Made by a program: the position numbers and the translations under genes
Notes under the pieces: model-generated
What the model saw: only the letters and a program-made list of their open reading frames with translations
Database searches by the model: none
Told to the model about the DNA's origin: nothing
Assembly: GCA_947566075.1 (NCBI GenBank)
Contig: CANOIM010000010.1
Coordinates: 52,187-76,186, forward strand
Source: an uncultured Eggerthellaceae bacterium
GTDB lineage: Bacteria > Actinomycetota > Coriobacteriia > Coriobacteriales > Eggerthellaceae
Reading direction: 5' to 3'
DNA length: 24,000 bases
In this document: positions 13,473 through 22,768 of the stretch, in pieces
How the letters are laid out: every line of letters starts with the position of its first letter
Numbering within the stretch: position 1 is the stretch's first letter

Positions 13473-15733
13473 CCGCCGCTCACCGTCCCTTCCTCAGCGA
13501 ACATCATCCGCACCTCATGGGCAAGGGCCGCCACGTCTTCCCCGGCCAGCTCAGGATCAGCTTCGAGGATGGCCTGGGCATCCTCATGGGCTGCCTCGAT
13601 GAGCGCGGCATCCTTGATCACGTTCACCAGCTTGAGCGCACTGGCCCCTGATTGCTTGTTCCCTAGGATATCCCCCTCACGGCGCAGGGATAGGTCATAG
13701 CCCGCTATCTGGAAGCCATCATCGCTCTGGACAAGGGCCGCCAAGCGCGTGAGAGCGGCAGGTTGAGCGCTTGAGGATATCAGGTACACCTGGGCATCCA
13801 GATCAGCACGGCCTACGCGGCCCCTCAATTGATGGAGCTGGGAGAGGCCGAAGCGGTCAGCGTCCTCCACGATCATCACCGTGGCTTCAGGCACATCCAC
13901 TCCCACTTCTATCACCGTGGTGGTGACCAGCACCTGCACCTCTCCGGAGACGAAGGCGTCCATGGCAGCGCGCTTCTCATCCGGCGTCATGCCGCCATGG
14001 AGCAGTCCCACCTCATAGGCAGCGAACACCGTAGAGGCCAAGCGACGCGCCTCCGCTACGGCAGAGGTGCCAGCCTGGGCATCGAGGTCCCCTTCATCTT
14101 CTATCAGGATATCCGGATGATAGGCCTCATCCTCATCCCCTGCCTGGCGCTTTGCTCTCTTCTCCTCCCCCTTGCCCACCAAAGGGCACACCACATAGAC
14201 GCGCTCTCCCCGCTCCAACGCCTCTCGGGCTGCATCATAGGCCACCCCGCGCTGGTTGCGCTCCAGCGCGAAGGTCTCCCGGCAAGAGCCGCTCTTCGGC
14301 TTCTGACGCAGATAGGAATGGGTGAGGTTGCCGAAAAGGGTGAGCGCCAGGCTGCGCGGGATGGGAGTGGCTGTCATATAGAGGGCATCAGGGGCATCGC
14401 CCTTGTCAAGGAGCTTCGCCCGCTGACCCACTCCGAAGCGCTGCTGCTCATCGATCACCACGAAGGAGAGGCTCTTGGCCACCACATCATCTTCGATGAG
14501 CGCATGGGTGCCGATGAGCGCGTTGAGCTCTCCTGAGGCGAAGGCATCCAAGAGGAGCTTGCGCTCCGGGACTGGAGTGGAGCCTGTGAGGAGCCCCCAA
14601 GATACATCTGCCTTGTCAAAGAGGGCACCCAATGTCTTGGCATGCTGCTGTGCCAAGATCTCCGTAGGGGCCATGAGCAAGGATTGGCCGCCGCTATCTG
14701 CCGCCGCAGCCATGCCGAAGGCAGCCACGATGGTCTTGCCCGTGCCCACGTCTCCCAAGACCATGTGATCAGCCACCCGCTTGGCAGCCATGGCCGCGAA
14801 GAGCTCTTGGATGGTGCGGGATTGGTCCTGGGTCAGCTGGAAAGGCAGGCTCTGACAGAGGCTACGGATATGCGGGCCATCCGTTACGTGCTGCCAGACT
14901 GCACCGTTGCTGGGCTCACGGCTTCCCTGTTGCATGAGATACAGCTGGAGGCAGAGCACCTCTTCGTAGACCAAGCGCTCTTTGGCCTGAGGGATGTCTT
15001 CCATGGTATGCGGACGGTGGATGCGCTCCAGGGCCGCACCGCGGGAGATGAGACCGCGCTCGTCCCGGATACGGGCCGGGAGCGGGTCCAACATGGCGCG
15101 GGTCTCATCCAGCGCTGTCTCGATGATCTTGCGCATCACGCCAACGGTGAGCTTCCCTGAAGCGGGGTGGATGGCCAATACCTTGCCCGAGATCCCTTCC
15201 TCCTCCAGCTCCTCGAAATAGGGATTGGTCATCTGCTTGAAGTCATAGCCATCGGCCACTTTGCCAGAGACCGCTAGCCTCATACCGGGCTTGAGCCGCT
15301 TCGCCAGCCAGGGCATATGGAAGAAGGTGATGGTCATGACCCCCGTTGCATCGCGCACATCCAATTCCACGATGGAGAGCCGAGTGCGCGTGCGCTTGGG
15401 AGTGACGCGGTCTATCACGCAGGCGATGGTGCAAACGCTGGCAATGGGCGCCTGGGAAATGGTGCACACCCGGGAAAGGTCAAGGTAGCGGCGCGGGAAA
15501 TGGGTCAGCAGGTCTCGCACAGTGCGAATGCCCAGCTTCGCCAAGGCCTGGGCCCGCGAGGATGAGACCCCTTTGACGGAGGTGACCGAAGAGCTCAAGG
15601 CAAGCGTGGCCTCTAGCCTGTCTGGGTTCCTAGGATCCCCGGAGGGCGTGCGTGGGCTACTCAAGCGAGAAGACAACGGGATAGAGCGGCTGGCCACCGT
15701 CTTGGATATCCATCTCCAAGTCAGGATAGGCAT
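13469..15733 (-). CDS. recG: ATP-dependent DNA helicase RecG
   Basis: Motifs GDVGTGKT, DEQQRFG, TATPIPRS and QLHQLRGRVGR, plus the N-terminal wedge region (...VKGVSSSRAQALAKLGIRTVRDLLTHFPRRY). The ATG at 15733 overlaps the upstream DAK2 gene by 77 nt. The true start may be an internal TTG (15664 or 15598). Confidence 0.93.
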   Translation of the reverse strand: MPILTWRWISKTVASRSIPLSSRLSSPRTPSGDPRNPDRLEATLALSSSVTSVKGVSSSRAQALAKLGIRTVRDLLTHFPRRYLDLSRVCTISQAPIASVCTIACVIDRVTPKRTRTRLSIVELDVRDATGVMTITFFHMPWLAKRLKPGMRLAVSGKVADGYDFKQMTNPYFEELEEEGISGKVLAIHPASGKLTVGVMRKIIETALDETRAMLDPLPARIRDERGLISRGAALERIHRPHTMEDIPQAKERLVYEEVLCLQLYLMQQGSREPSNGAVWQHVTDGPHIRSLCQSLPFQLTQDQSRTIQELFAAMAAKRVADHMVLGDVGTGKTIVAAFGMAAAADSGGQSLLMAPTEILAQQHAKTLGALFDKADVSWGLLTGSTPVPERKLLLDAFASGELNALIGTHALIEDDVVAKSLSFVVIDEQQRFGVGQRAKLLDKGDAPDALYMTATPIPRSLALTLFGNLTHSYLRQKPKSGSCRETFALERNQRGVAYDAAREALERGERVYVVCPLVGKGEEKRAKRQAGDEDEAYHPDILIEDEGDLDAQAGTSAVAEARRLASTVFAAYEVGLLHGGMTPDEKRAAMDAFVSGEVQVLVTTTVIEVGVDVPEATVMIVEDADRFGLSQLHQLRGRVGRADLDAQVYLISSSAQPAALTRLAALVQSDDGFQIAGYDLSLRREGDILGNKQSGASALKLVNVIKDAALIEAAHEDAQAILEADPELAGEDVAALAHEVRMMFAEEGTVSGG

Positions 15734-17288
15734 CCTGGATGGCAGATTCCAGTTGTTGGAGCTGATCTTCGGTCAGATCTTCGCCCGCCAAGAGCGTCAT
15801 GATGTCCGCGTCTTCCGCATCCATCTTGGCCAGAAGCTGCATCACCGCGCTGTTCACGTCCGGGGCCACCGCATCGATGGAGCCCCCTGCGATGCCGATG
15901 ACATCCCCGCAATGGATGGGGCCTCCTGAGGAATCCTTCGAATCCTTGATGGCGATGGTCACCTCACCGGTCTTCACCTCTTGGGCAGCCTCTGTCATAG
16001 CGGCTACGTTCTCTTCAAGGCTGGCGTCCTCATCCACGGCGAAGAGGGCTGCGAAGGCCTGAGGAACGCTCTTGGTGGGAACCACGCCGCAATCCTTCTC
16101 AGAGAGGGTGCAGGCGCTTTCTGCAGCCATGATGATGTTAGAGTTGTTCGGGAGGATGATGACCGCATCCGCGTTCACCTTCCCCACGGCTTCCAGCAGG
16201 TCCTTGGTGGAGGGGTTCATGGTCTGACCACCCGAGACGACGATGTCCACCCCCTGGCTCTCCAGGATCTTGCGCGTCCCCTCTCCGGCCGCCACGGCCA
16301 CGAAACCCAGGGCCTTGCGCTCCTCCCGCTGCTCAGAGGCTATCTTGCTTGCCCTGTCCTGGGATTGCAGGTCCATGTTGTGGATATGCACCTCAGAGAT
16401 CTGCCCCTGGTCAAGGAAGTACTTGAGCACCTGGTCAGGGGTGTTGGAATGGACATGCACCTTGAACTTGGGAGCCGCCCCCACGCAGAGCTCGCAATCT
16501 CCCATGGTCTGAAGGAAGTCCAAGGCTGCTTCAGGGTCAAGGGTGTCAGAATCTACCAGGAACTCGTTGCAATAGCGATATTCCGAGCCCTCCCAGTCAT
16601 TGATCTGCTCTATCTCGACCTTCGGACCGAAAGCGCCCCCCAGAGTGATGTCCTCTATGTCCAAGGGAGCCTTGCCCAGAAGCGCAGCGGCGAAGGAATC
16701 CAGGAGGATGGCCAAGCCGAAGCCGCCCGCATCCACCACGCCGTTCTCTTTGAGCACCGCGAGGAAATCCGGTGTGCGCTGCACAGAGGCATAGGCTTCG
16801 GACACGATGGCCTCCATGGCCGCATCCGTATCCAGCCCGAGGACCGCCGCATCCTTCGCCGCCTTCGCCGTGTCCCTGAGCACCGTGAGGATGGTACCCT
16901 CCACGGGCTTGCGCACCGCCTGGAAGGCCACCTCTTCGGCCTTCTGGAAGGAAGCGGCTATGGTCTCCGTATCGAACTGGTCAAGCCCTTCGCTACCCTC
17001 GCAAAGGCCGCGGAGGATCTGGGAGGTGATGACGCCGGAATTGCCGCGGGCGCCCATGAGGGCACCTTGGATGATGGCCTTGCGCACCGCCTGACCATCA
17101 GCATCTGAACCCAAAGAGCGCAGGTTGTTGACCACGCTCTCTATGGTGAGCGACATATTGGTGCCCGTATCCCCGTCGGGGACCGGGAAGACGTTCAGGC
17201 GGTTGATCTCTTCCTTGCGCTGGGTGAGGGCCGCCGAAGCGCTTGCGATGGCGTTGAGGATCTGGGCAGGTTCATAGGTCTTGAGCAT
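15657..17288 (-). CDS. DAK2 domain-containing protein (YloV family)
   Basis: 543 aa. N-terminal NVFPVPDGDTGTNM motif, with colinear by-eye similarity to B. subtilis YloV (GGQTMNPST, ILPNNSNIIMAA). AGGAG lies upstream of the ATG. Confidence 0.93.
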   Translation of the reverse strand: MLKTYEPAQILNAIASASAALTQRKEEINRLNVFPVPDGDTGTNMSLTIESVVNNLRSLGSDADGQAVRKAIIQGALMGARGNSGVITSQILRGLCEGSEGLDQFDTETIAASFQKAEEVAFQAVRKPVEGTILTVLRDTAKAAKDAAVLGLDTDAAMEAIVSEAYASVQRTPDFLAVLKENGVVDAGGFGLAILLDSFAAALLGKAPLDIEDITLGGAFGPKVEIEQINDWEGSEYRYCNEFLVDSDTLDPEAALDFLQTMGDCELCVGAAPKFKVHVHSNTPDQVLKYFLDQGQISEVHIHNMDLQSQDRASKIASEQREERKALGFVAVAAGEGTRKILESQGVDIVVSGGQTMNPSTKDLLEAVGKVNADAVIILPNNSNIIMAAESACTLSEKDCGVVPTKSVPQAFAALFAVDEDASLEENVAAMTEAAQEVKTGEVTIAIKDSKDSSGGPIHCGDVIGIAGGSIDAVAPDVNSAVMQLLAKMDAEDADIMTLLAGEDLTEDQLQQLESAIQDAYPDLEMDIQDGGQPLYPVVFSLE

Positions 17289-17357
17289 GGGGGGATTCTC
17301 CTAAAGAGGGGCGTGAGCCGTGACGAGATGCAGCTGCATCAGACGTTCCAAGGCAGG

Positions 17358-17702
17358 CTATCTGACCTTGATATCTTGAACATGCACGATGACCTCGCTG
17401 ATGGGAACCTGTGCATACTCGTTGAGGGCGAACTTCACTTGATCGGAGAGGTTCTGGGACACGGTGGAGATATTGGTGCCGTATTCGATCACCACGTAGA
17501 GCTCAACCTTGATCCCCTCTTCCTGAGGAGTGACCACGATACCGCGACGCAGGCGCGAAGCAGGGAGCAGCTTGGCGAAGCCATCGGCCGCATTGGGGGC
17601 GGTCATGCCTACCACTCCATAGCATTCCAGGGCAGCGTAGCCCACTATATCCGCGAGGACATCATTGGCAACATGCAGCTCTCCGGGGATCCTCTCTGCC
17701 AT
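17358..17702 (-). CDS. Asp23/Gls24-family alkaline shock protein (YloU-like)
   Basis: 114 aa. The pattern ...VANDVLADIVGYAALECYGVVGM... is typical of Asp23. AAGGAG lies 5 nt upstream. It has the conserved position upstream of the DAK2 gene and divergent from rpmB. Confidence 0.9.
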   Translation of the reverse strand: MAERIPGELHVANDVLADIVGYAALECYGVVGMTAPNAADGFAKLLPASRLRRGIVVTPQEEGIKVELYVVIEYGTNISTVSQNLSDQVKFALNEYAQVPISEVIVHVQDIKVR

Positions 17703-17863
17703 GATGCTCCTTTCTCCAACCTGAGCCCGCCCTAAGCGAGGCTGTATGGGATCTGTTGATGGGCGTCAGATGGCAAGCCGTCATCCGATGCCTGTGGTCA
17801 AGCTAGTATAGCGCAAGCGAGACGGGCGCGTCCCCGGCCCGCCGAACCGAAGCCAGGAAGACA

Positions 17864-17894
17864 TTGGCATCCACGGCAAGATATGTGCTATAGT
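17864..17894 (+). promoter_or_regulatory. Putative rpmB promoter
   Basis: TTGGCA (17864-17869), 19-nt spacer, TGC-TATAGT (extended -10, 17886-17894). The leader of about 50 nt ends in an AGGAG SD. Confidence 0.4.
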
Positions 17895-17952
17895 TTCCTG
17901 CTGCTGTTGTAAACCGAACAGGTTCACCCCTGAGAGCAAATAGGAGCAAGCT

Positions 17953-18144
17953 ATGTCACAGGTATGCGAAGTCTGCGGTAAGAAGCCCTCATTCGGGCAT
18001 AACGTGAGCCATTCTCACCGGGTCACGAATAGGATCTTCCGTCCCAATGTGCAGAAGGTCACCATCAAGGACAAGAACGGTCATGTGCGCAAGGCACGCG
18101 TGTGCACCAGCTGCATGAAGGCGGGGAAGGTAGAGCGCGCCTAA
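17953..18144 (+). CDS. rpmB: 50S ribosomal protein L28 (zinc-ribbon, C+ form)
   Basis: 63 aa, [27 protein letters not shown]...[13 protein letters not shown]. The family pattern and the two CxxC pairs are present. AGGAG lies 7 nt upstream. Confidence 0.93.
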   Translation: MSQVCEVCGKKPSFGHNVSHSHRVTNRIFRPNVQKVTIKDKNGHVRKARVCTSCMKAGKVERA

Positions 18145-18183
18145 GCGCACCTGCTGCAACATCCCCCGCTCAGAAGAGCAACG

Positions 18184-18210
18184 AAAAGGCCCCCGCATGG
18201 GGGCCTTTCT
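18184..18210. terminator. Bidirectional intrinsic terminator between convergent rpmB and the zinc-ribbon gene
   Basis: AAAA-GGCCCCC-GCAT-GGGGGCC-TTTCT: a 7-bp GC stem with a tetraloop, an A-run on one side and a T-rich run on the other. Confidence 0.75.
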
Positions 18211-18248
18211 CATGGCTGCAACCAGGGGCGAAGGATAAGGCGCTTGCC

Positions 18249-18971
18249 CTAGCCTTCCAGGATGAGCAGACGCTTGCAGATGGGACAGAAGGTCACCGGA
18301 GCCTGGGAGCGCAGCTCTATCAAACGACCCGGATCGATGCCAGCCCGGCACACACCGCAACGGCTGCCTTCCAGCTTGCCCACCACCACGCATCCCATGC
18401 GCTCAGAGGTGTCTTTGTAGGCTTCGGCCAATTCCAAGCTGATGGAATCAAGGAGATGGTCACGTTCGGCAGATGCCTGGGAGATGGCCGCCTTGAGGCG
18501 GCTGCCTTCGCGCTTGAACTCTTCGGTTGCCTGAGCCTCAGCGGCATCCAAGGCGCTCAAGGCGCTTGCCACCTGCTCTTCCAACGCTAGGATCTTTGCG
18601 TGCTCAGCATCTATCTGAGCCGTTTCCTCTGCCAGCACCTGCCTGCGGCGGAAGATGCCATCCAATTCCTTGGTACGCGCCTCAACGTTGCGATAATCAC
18701 CACCCGCTGCCTCGATGGCTGCTTGGACCCCCTTCTCCTTCTTCTCCAAAGAGGCATCCTCGTCCTTCACCCGCGTGCGCTTCTTGGCGGATTCCTTCTG
18801 AAGGGCGCTGATCTTGGCGGCCTTGTCCTCAAGGGCGGTTCGCTTGGTGCGGCAATCCAAGATGACCTGCCGCTGGGGAAGCTCTTCCAGATCCCGGGTC
18901 ATGTGCATGATGTTGAAATCAGCTTGCTGCGCCGCGAGCAAGGACTGGATCTCTGTGGGGGTTGCCTGCAC
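18249..18971 (-). CDS. COG1579/DUF164-type coiled-coil protein with C-terminal C4 zinc ribbon
   Basis: 240 aa with a GTG start (AGGTGG upstream). Long coiled coil, then CGVCRAGI...FCPICKRLL. It sits downstream of a NIF3-family gene, a pairing I recall as common. Confidence 0.85.
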   Translation of the reverse strand: MQATPTEIQSLLAAQQADFNIMHMTRDLEELPQRQVILDCRTKRTALEDKAAKISALQKESAKKRTRVKDEDASLEKKEKGVQAAIEAAGGDYRNVEARTKELDGIFRRRQVLAEETAQIDAEHAKILALEEQVASALSALDAAEAQATEEFKREGSRLKAAISQASAERDHLLDSISLELAEAYKDTSERMGCVVVGKLEGSRCGVCRAGIDPGRLIELRSQAPVTFCPICKRLLILEG

Positions 18972-19054
18972 GATTCCACCTTTCGCGAACGGAAAGCATC
19001 ACTACGCCCAATTCTAGCGCAAACCGCAGTGCCGCGAAGGGCGGAGAAGCAACC

Positions 19055-20023
19055 CTATAGGCGAATGCTCTCCGGGTAAGACCAACGCTCCGTCTGATCC
19101 AGGATGACGATATCCTCTGAGGAGAGCCCGAAGCCAGCAGCAGCATCAGCCAACACCGCCGTCAAGGGGAATTCGCTCAAGTCATGGCCCAGCTCGATGA
19201 TGCAGAGCCCGGCCTCAGAGAGCTCTAGGGCCTCATGGTATTTGACCTCGCCGCAGATCAGGCAGTCGATACCGGCCGCCAAAGCCTGCTTGCCCAAAGA
19301 GCCTGCACTGCCCGTGGCGCAGACGATGCGCGTCACGGTAGAGCTGAAGCTGCCCCATACTCTGGGCGCTCGGCCGAACACGGACGTGCAACGGGCAGCG
19401 ATATGGGCCAAGGCCTCCGGCTTGCCGCCGTCAGCGCTCACCTTGCAGATCTGACCATAGCCCAAAGAGGGCCGCTTCTCCAGGGGTGCGAGCACCTTTC
19501 CGGTATAGGTGAGACCCAAGAGCTTCGGAAGGATGACCTGGGCCTGCTTGCTGACATCCAAGGAAGTATGGAACGCCATGAGGGCAACGCCGGAGCGGAT
19601 GGCCGCGAAGACACCGGCACCGGGCGAGAGCGCCACTGACCGCTCAGGAGCGAAGGAGTCCGGCGGGTCCAGATAGGCGGGATGATGGGTGAGGAGCACA
19701 TTGGCTCCCGCTTTCGCCGCCTCTTCGATGGCATCCACCGTGGGATCCAGCGCAACGGCCACCTTGGTGATGGGCAGAGCGCGCTCCCCCACCAACAGGC
19801 CGCATCTATCCCAACTCTCAGCGGTCTCATTGGGGAAGAGCTTCAACAGCTGCTGTTCCAGCGCACCTACGGTGCGCACCTGGTCAGACTTGGCCAAGAT
19901 GCGAGAGCCCTGCTTCACCAAGGCGTCAGTAGCGGCCGTGAGGGCCCGAGCCGCCTTCTTCGGCCGCTTCTCCCCCTTGGAAGAGGACTTGCCGGATCTC
20001 TTGTCTTTCTTATCCTTGGACAT
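19055..20023 (-). CDS. NIF3-family dinuclear metal centre protein (YbgI/YqfO-like) with a Lys-rich N-terminal tail
   Basis: LLTHHPAY motif and family-like C-terminus. The start is set to ATG 20023 (MSKDKKDK...), which has AAGGAG 6 nt upstream. The alternative ATG 20056 overlaps the upstream stop (TAATG). Confidence 0.87.
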   Translation of the reverse strand: MSKDKKDKRSGKSSSKGEKRPKKAARALTAATDALVKQGSRILAKSDQVRTVGALEQQLLKLFPNETAESWDRCGLLVGERALPITKVAVALDPTVDAIEEAAKAGANVLLTHHPAYLDPPDSFAPERSVALSPGAGVFAAIRSGVALMAFHTSLDVSKQAQVILPKLLGLTYTGKVLAPLEKRPSLGYGQICKVSADGGKPEALAHIAARCTSVFGRAPRVWGSFSSTVTRIVCATGSAGSLGKQALAAGIDCLICGEVKYHEALELSEAGLCIIELGHDLSEFPLTAVLADAAAGFGLSSEDIVILDQTERWSYPESIRL

Positions 20024-20055
20024 GGGAAGCTCCTTGCTCGTGCGTGAGGGATGCA

Positions 20056-20877
20056 TTACTGGTCTAGGGAGATGCTACGCCTATCTCCCGTAGAAGTGGG
20101 CACGGTCACGCAGTTGTAACCTGCCTCTTGCATCAACCGATACCCCAGACGGATATCCCGGGCCACATGGGCGGGTAGGTGGGCATCGGTCCCCACCGTG
20201 CAGGGTACCTCTGCCCGGGCGAAGGCTGCCAAGAGGTCAGGGGCGGGGAAGGCCTCTTCGCAGGCATAATAGGACCCAGAGGTGTTGAGCTCTATCATGC
20301 GCCCTCCCGCCCGGGCCGCTTCAGCCATCTGATCATAGAGGGGCCCTAAGGAAAAGGATGGGTAATGGGCGAACTTCTTCGCCAGGTCAGGGTGGGACAT
20401 GACATGGAAGGGAAGGGATCCATCAGAAGCCGCTTGGCACCAGAGCTCTCCGTAGCGGCGCCAGATGGCATCAGCCGCACCGGGTCCCTCCCACCGGTCC
20501 CGCTGAGCCGGATCATCGAAGGGCCATCGGTCAACGAAATGGACCGAGCCGAGGATCAAATCGAACCGCTCCAGACCCAGGGCCCCCAAGTCCCTATCCT
20601 CATCTTGTCCCAGGTAGTCCAATTCGATGCCCAAGAGGATATCCAAGCCCGGATGGGCGCGCCGGGCCTCCAGAACGCCCTGCTCATAGGATGCCAGCTT
20701 TTCCGGGGGCACCGAGAGGTAGCCAACGGGATCGAAGGCGTCAGAGAGCGGGAAATGGTCCGTGAAGGCCAATGTGGTCAGACCGCAACGCTCCGCTTCG
20801 GCAACGTAGGCCTCAACCTCTCCCTCCCCATGACCGCAGAACCCCGTGTGGCAATGGGTGTTCACCAGTTCAGTCAA
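20056..20877 (-). CDS. PHP-domain phosphatase, HisJ (histidinol-phosphatase) family
   Basis: 273 aa with a TTG start that has GGGAGG 8 nt upstream. N-terminal NTHCHTGFCGHG and further His/Asp metal motifs (GSVHF, GTDAH). Confidence 0.85.
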   Translation of the reverse strand: MTELVNTHCHTGFCGHGEGEVEAYVAEAERCGLTTLAFTDHFPLSDAFDPVGYLSVPPEKLASYEQGVLEARRAHPGLDILLGIELDYLGQDEDRDLGALGLERFDLILGSVHFVDRWPFDDPAQRDRWEGPGAADAIWRRYGELWCQAASDGSLPFHVMSHPDLAKKFAHYPSFSLGPLYDQMAEAARAGGRMIELNTSGSYYACEEAFPAPDLLAAFARAEVPCTVGTDAHLPAHVARDIRLGYRLMQEAGYNCVTVPTSTGDRRSISLDQ

Positions 20878-20880
20878 TGC

Positions 20881-22089
20881 TCAACCCTCCCAATCCAAGA
20901 CCTTCGGCACTGCTCGTAGAAGCGCCTCAGCCTGACCTTCATCCGTATAGCGCCCGAAAGAGATGCGAAGCTCTGTTTGAGCCTCATCAGCGCCCACGCC
21001 ACAGGCGCTCAGAACGTGACTGGGCTCGAGGCTGGACGAAGAGCATGCGCTCCCCCCTGACACAGCAAAACCCAGAGCATCGAAGCGCAGCACCGCTGTT
21101 TGGCTCTCGATGCCCTCCAACAGGACGCAGACCACGTTAGGGAGGAAGTCCCGGCTGCCTTCGGGGCATTCCACCGCTGGCTGGATGCGATCGAAGGAGG
21201 AGAGGCGCTCATAGAGCCTATCGCGTATCTGCCTAAGCCGCGCGCTCTCAGCCTCAACATCGGCCGTGGCCGCTGAGGCGGCAGCTGCGAAGCCCACCGC
21301 TCCACAGACGTTCTGGGTGCCGCTGCGCCTGCCGCCTTCTTGACCTCCCCCCAAGATCAAGGGAGAGAACGGACAGCGCCGCTTCAGGTACAGGGCACCT
21401 ACGCCGTAGGGGCCGCCTATCTTGTGAGCAGAGAAGGAGGCGGCATCCACATCCATCTCCCGAAGATGGATGGGCACCTTCCCCAACCCCTGCACGGCAT
21501 CGGTATGGAACAGGGCTCCAGCTTGATGGGCAACGGCAGCCAGCTGCGGGATGGCTTGGATGGAACCCACCTCAGAATTCGCCAGCTGGATGCTCACCAA
21601 GACCGTTTCGGGCGTCAAAGCCTCCTCTAGGGCGCGAACGCTGATGAACCCATCGCGGTCGGGCTTCAAGTAGGTCACCTGGAAGCCCTGGGAAGCCAGG
21701 CGACGGGCTGGCTGAAGCACCGCATCATGTTCTATCTGGGACGTGATGACATGGGGAGTGAACGTCCCGCTCATCTTCCGCACCCGCTCTTCGAAGGCGG
21801 CCTGAGCCACCCCTTCCATAGCAGCGTTATCTGCCTCAGTGGCGCCCGAGGTGAAGATGACCTCATCGGGGCGAGCAGCTCCCAAAGAAGCAGCAAGGCT
21901 GCGCCGAGCCGCCTCCAGGGCCTTGAACGCCTCCCTGCCGGGCCGCGAGAGGGAATTCGGGTTGGCATTGCCTAAGATGGATTCAGGTCCAGCCGCAAGG
22001 TAGGGCTCCATGGCCGCCAATGCTTCAGGCACCCTGGGCGCCGTAGCTGCGTAATCGAAGTAGTGATAGCCTTCCAGGGGCTCAGGCAT
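20881..22089 (-). CDS. Cysteine desulfurase (class V aminotransferase, NifS/IscS-like)
   Basis: 402 aa. PLP-lysine motif SFSAHKIGGPYG and catalytic-Cys loop SGGSACSS. The start overlaps the rpe stop by 8 nt. Confidence 0.92.
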   Translation of the reverse strand: MPEPLEGYHYFDYAATAPRVPEALAAMEPYLAAGPESILGNANPNSLSRPGREAFKALEAARRSLAASLGAARPDEVIFTSGATEADNAAMEGVAQAAFEERVRKMSGTFTPHVITSQIEHDAVLQPARRLASQGFQVTYLKPDRDGFISVRALEEALTPETVLVSIQLANSEVGSIQAIPQLAAVAHQAGALFHTDAVQGLGKVPIHLREMDVDAASFSAHKIGGPYGVGALYLKRRCPFSPLILGGGQEGGRRSGTQNVCGAVGFAAAASAATADVEAESARLRQIRDRLYERLSSFDRIQPAVECPEGSRDFLPNVVCVLLEGIESQTAVLRFDALGFAVSGGSACSSSSLEPSHVLSACGVGADEAQTELRISFGRYTDEGQAEALLRAVPKVLDWEG

Positions 22090-22768
22090 CTTCGCTCACC
22101 TCTTCTGCGATGCGCCTTAAGGCAACAGGGACCTGCACAGGATCAGAGGCCTTGAAGAAAGCATTGCCACAGACCACGCAATCCGCTCCCGCCTGGGCCA
22201 CCTGCCCCACCGTGCCCTCCCCGATGCCGCCATCCACCTGGATGAGGAGGTCAGTCCCCACATCCTCCGCCATCTGGCGCACCTGGGCCACACGGCTGTC
22301 AGACCCTTCGATGAAGGACTGCCCCGAGAACCCCGGTTCCACGCTCATGATGAGGACCATATCCGCGGGCCCGACGAAGGGTTGGATGTCCGCCAGGTCC
22401 GTAGCAGGCTTCACGGATATGCCCGCCCGGGCACCGCCCTCATGGATGAGCTGAATGGCCGTATGAGCCTCTTCCGCGCTCACAGCTTCCCGATGGAAGG
22501 TCACGATATCCGCCCCTGCTTCCAGGAACCAGGGGATCTGGCGCAGGGGATTCGACACCATGAGATGGGCATCCAAGGGCTTTGAGGTGATGCGGCGAAG
22601 GGCTTGCACCAAAGGGATGCCCATGGTGATGTTGGGGACGAAATGACCGTCCATCACATCGATATGGACCCAATCCGCGTCGGCCTCTTCCAGGAGGCTG
22701 ATGGCCCCGGCTATGTCTTCGAAATCAGCCGAGAGGATGGATGGAGCTATGAGCAAAGGGTTCGACAC
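22082..22768 (-). CDS. rpe: Ribulose-phosphate 3-epimerase
   Basis: IAPSILSADF, HIDVMDGHFVPN and VDGGI motifs. The start is chosen at GTG 22768, which has GGAGGG 3-4 nt upstream and gives a typical short N-terminus. ATG 22786 and the ORF-track TTG 22792 are alternatives without an SD. Confidence 0.92.
   Translation of the reverse strand: MSNPLLIAPSILSADFEDIAGAISLLEEADADWVHIDVMDGHFVPNITMGIPLVQALRRITSKPLDAHLMVSNPLRQIPWFLEAGADIVTFHREAVSAEEAHTAIQLIHEGGARAGISVKPATDLADIQPFVGPADMVLIMSVEPGFSGQSFIEGSDSRVAQVRQMAEDVGTDLLIQVDGGIGEGTVGQVAQAGADCVVCGNAFFKASDPVQVPVALRRIAEEVSEDA

Noticed and set aside
19011-19016. TAGAAT -10-like hexamer (minus strand) in the NIF3 / zinc-ribbon spacer, which might be an internal promoter
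   Set aside because: No acceptable -35 or TG extension at the right spacing. Left uncalled.
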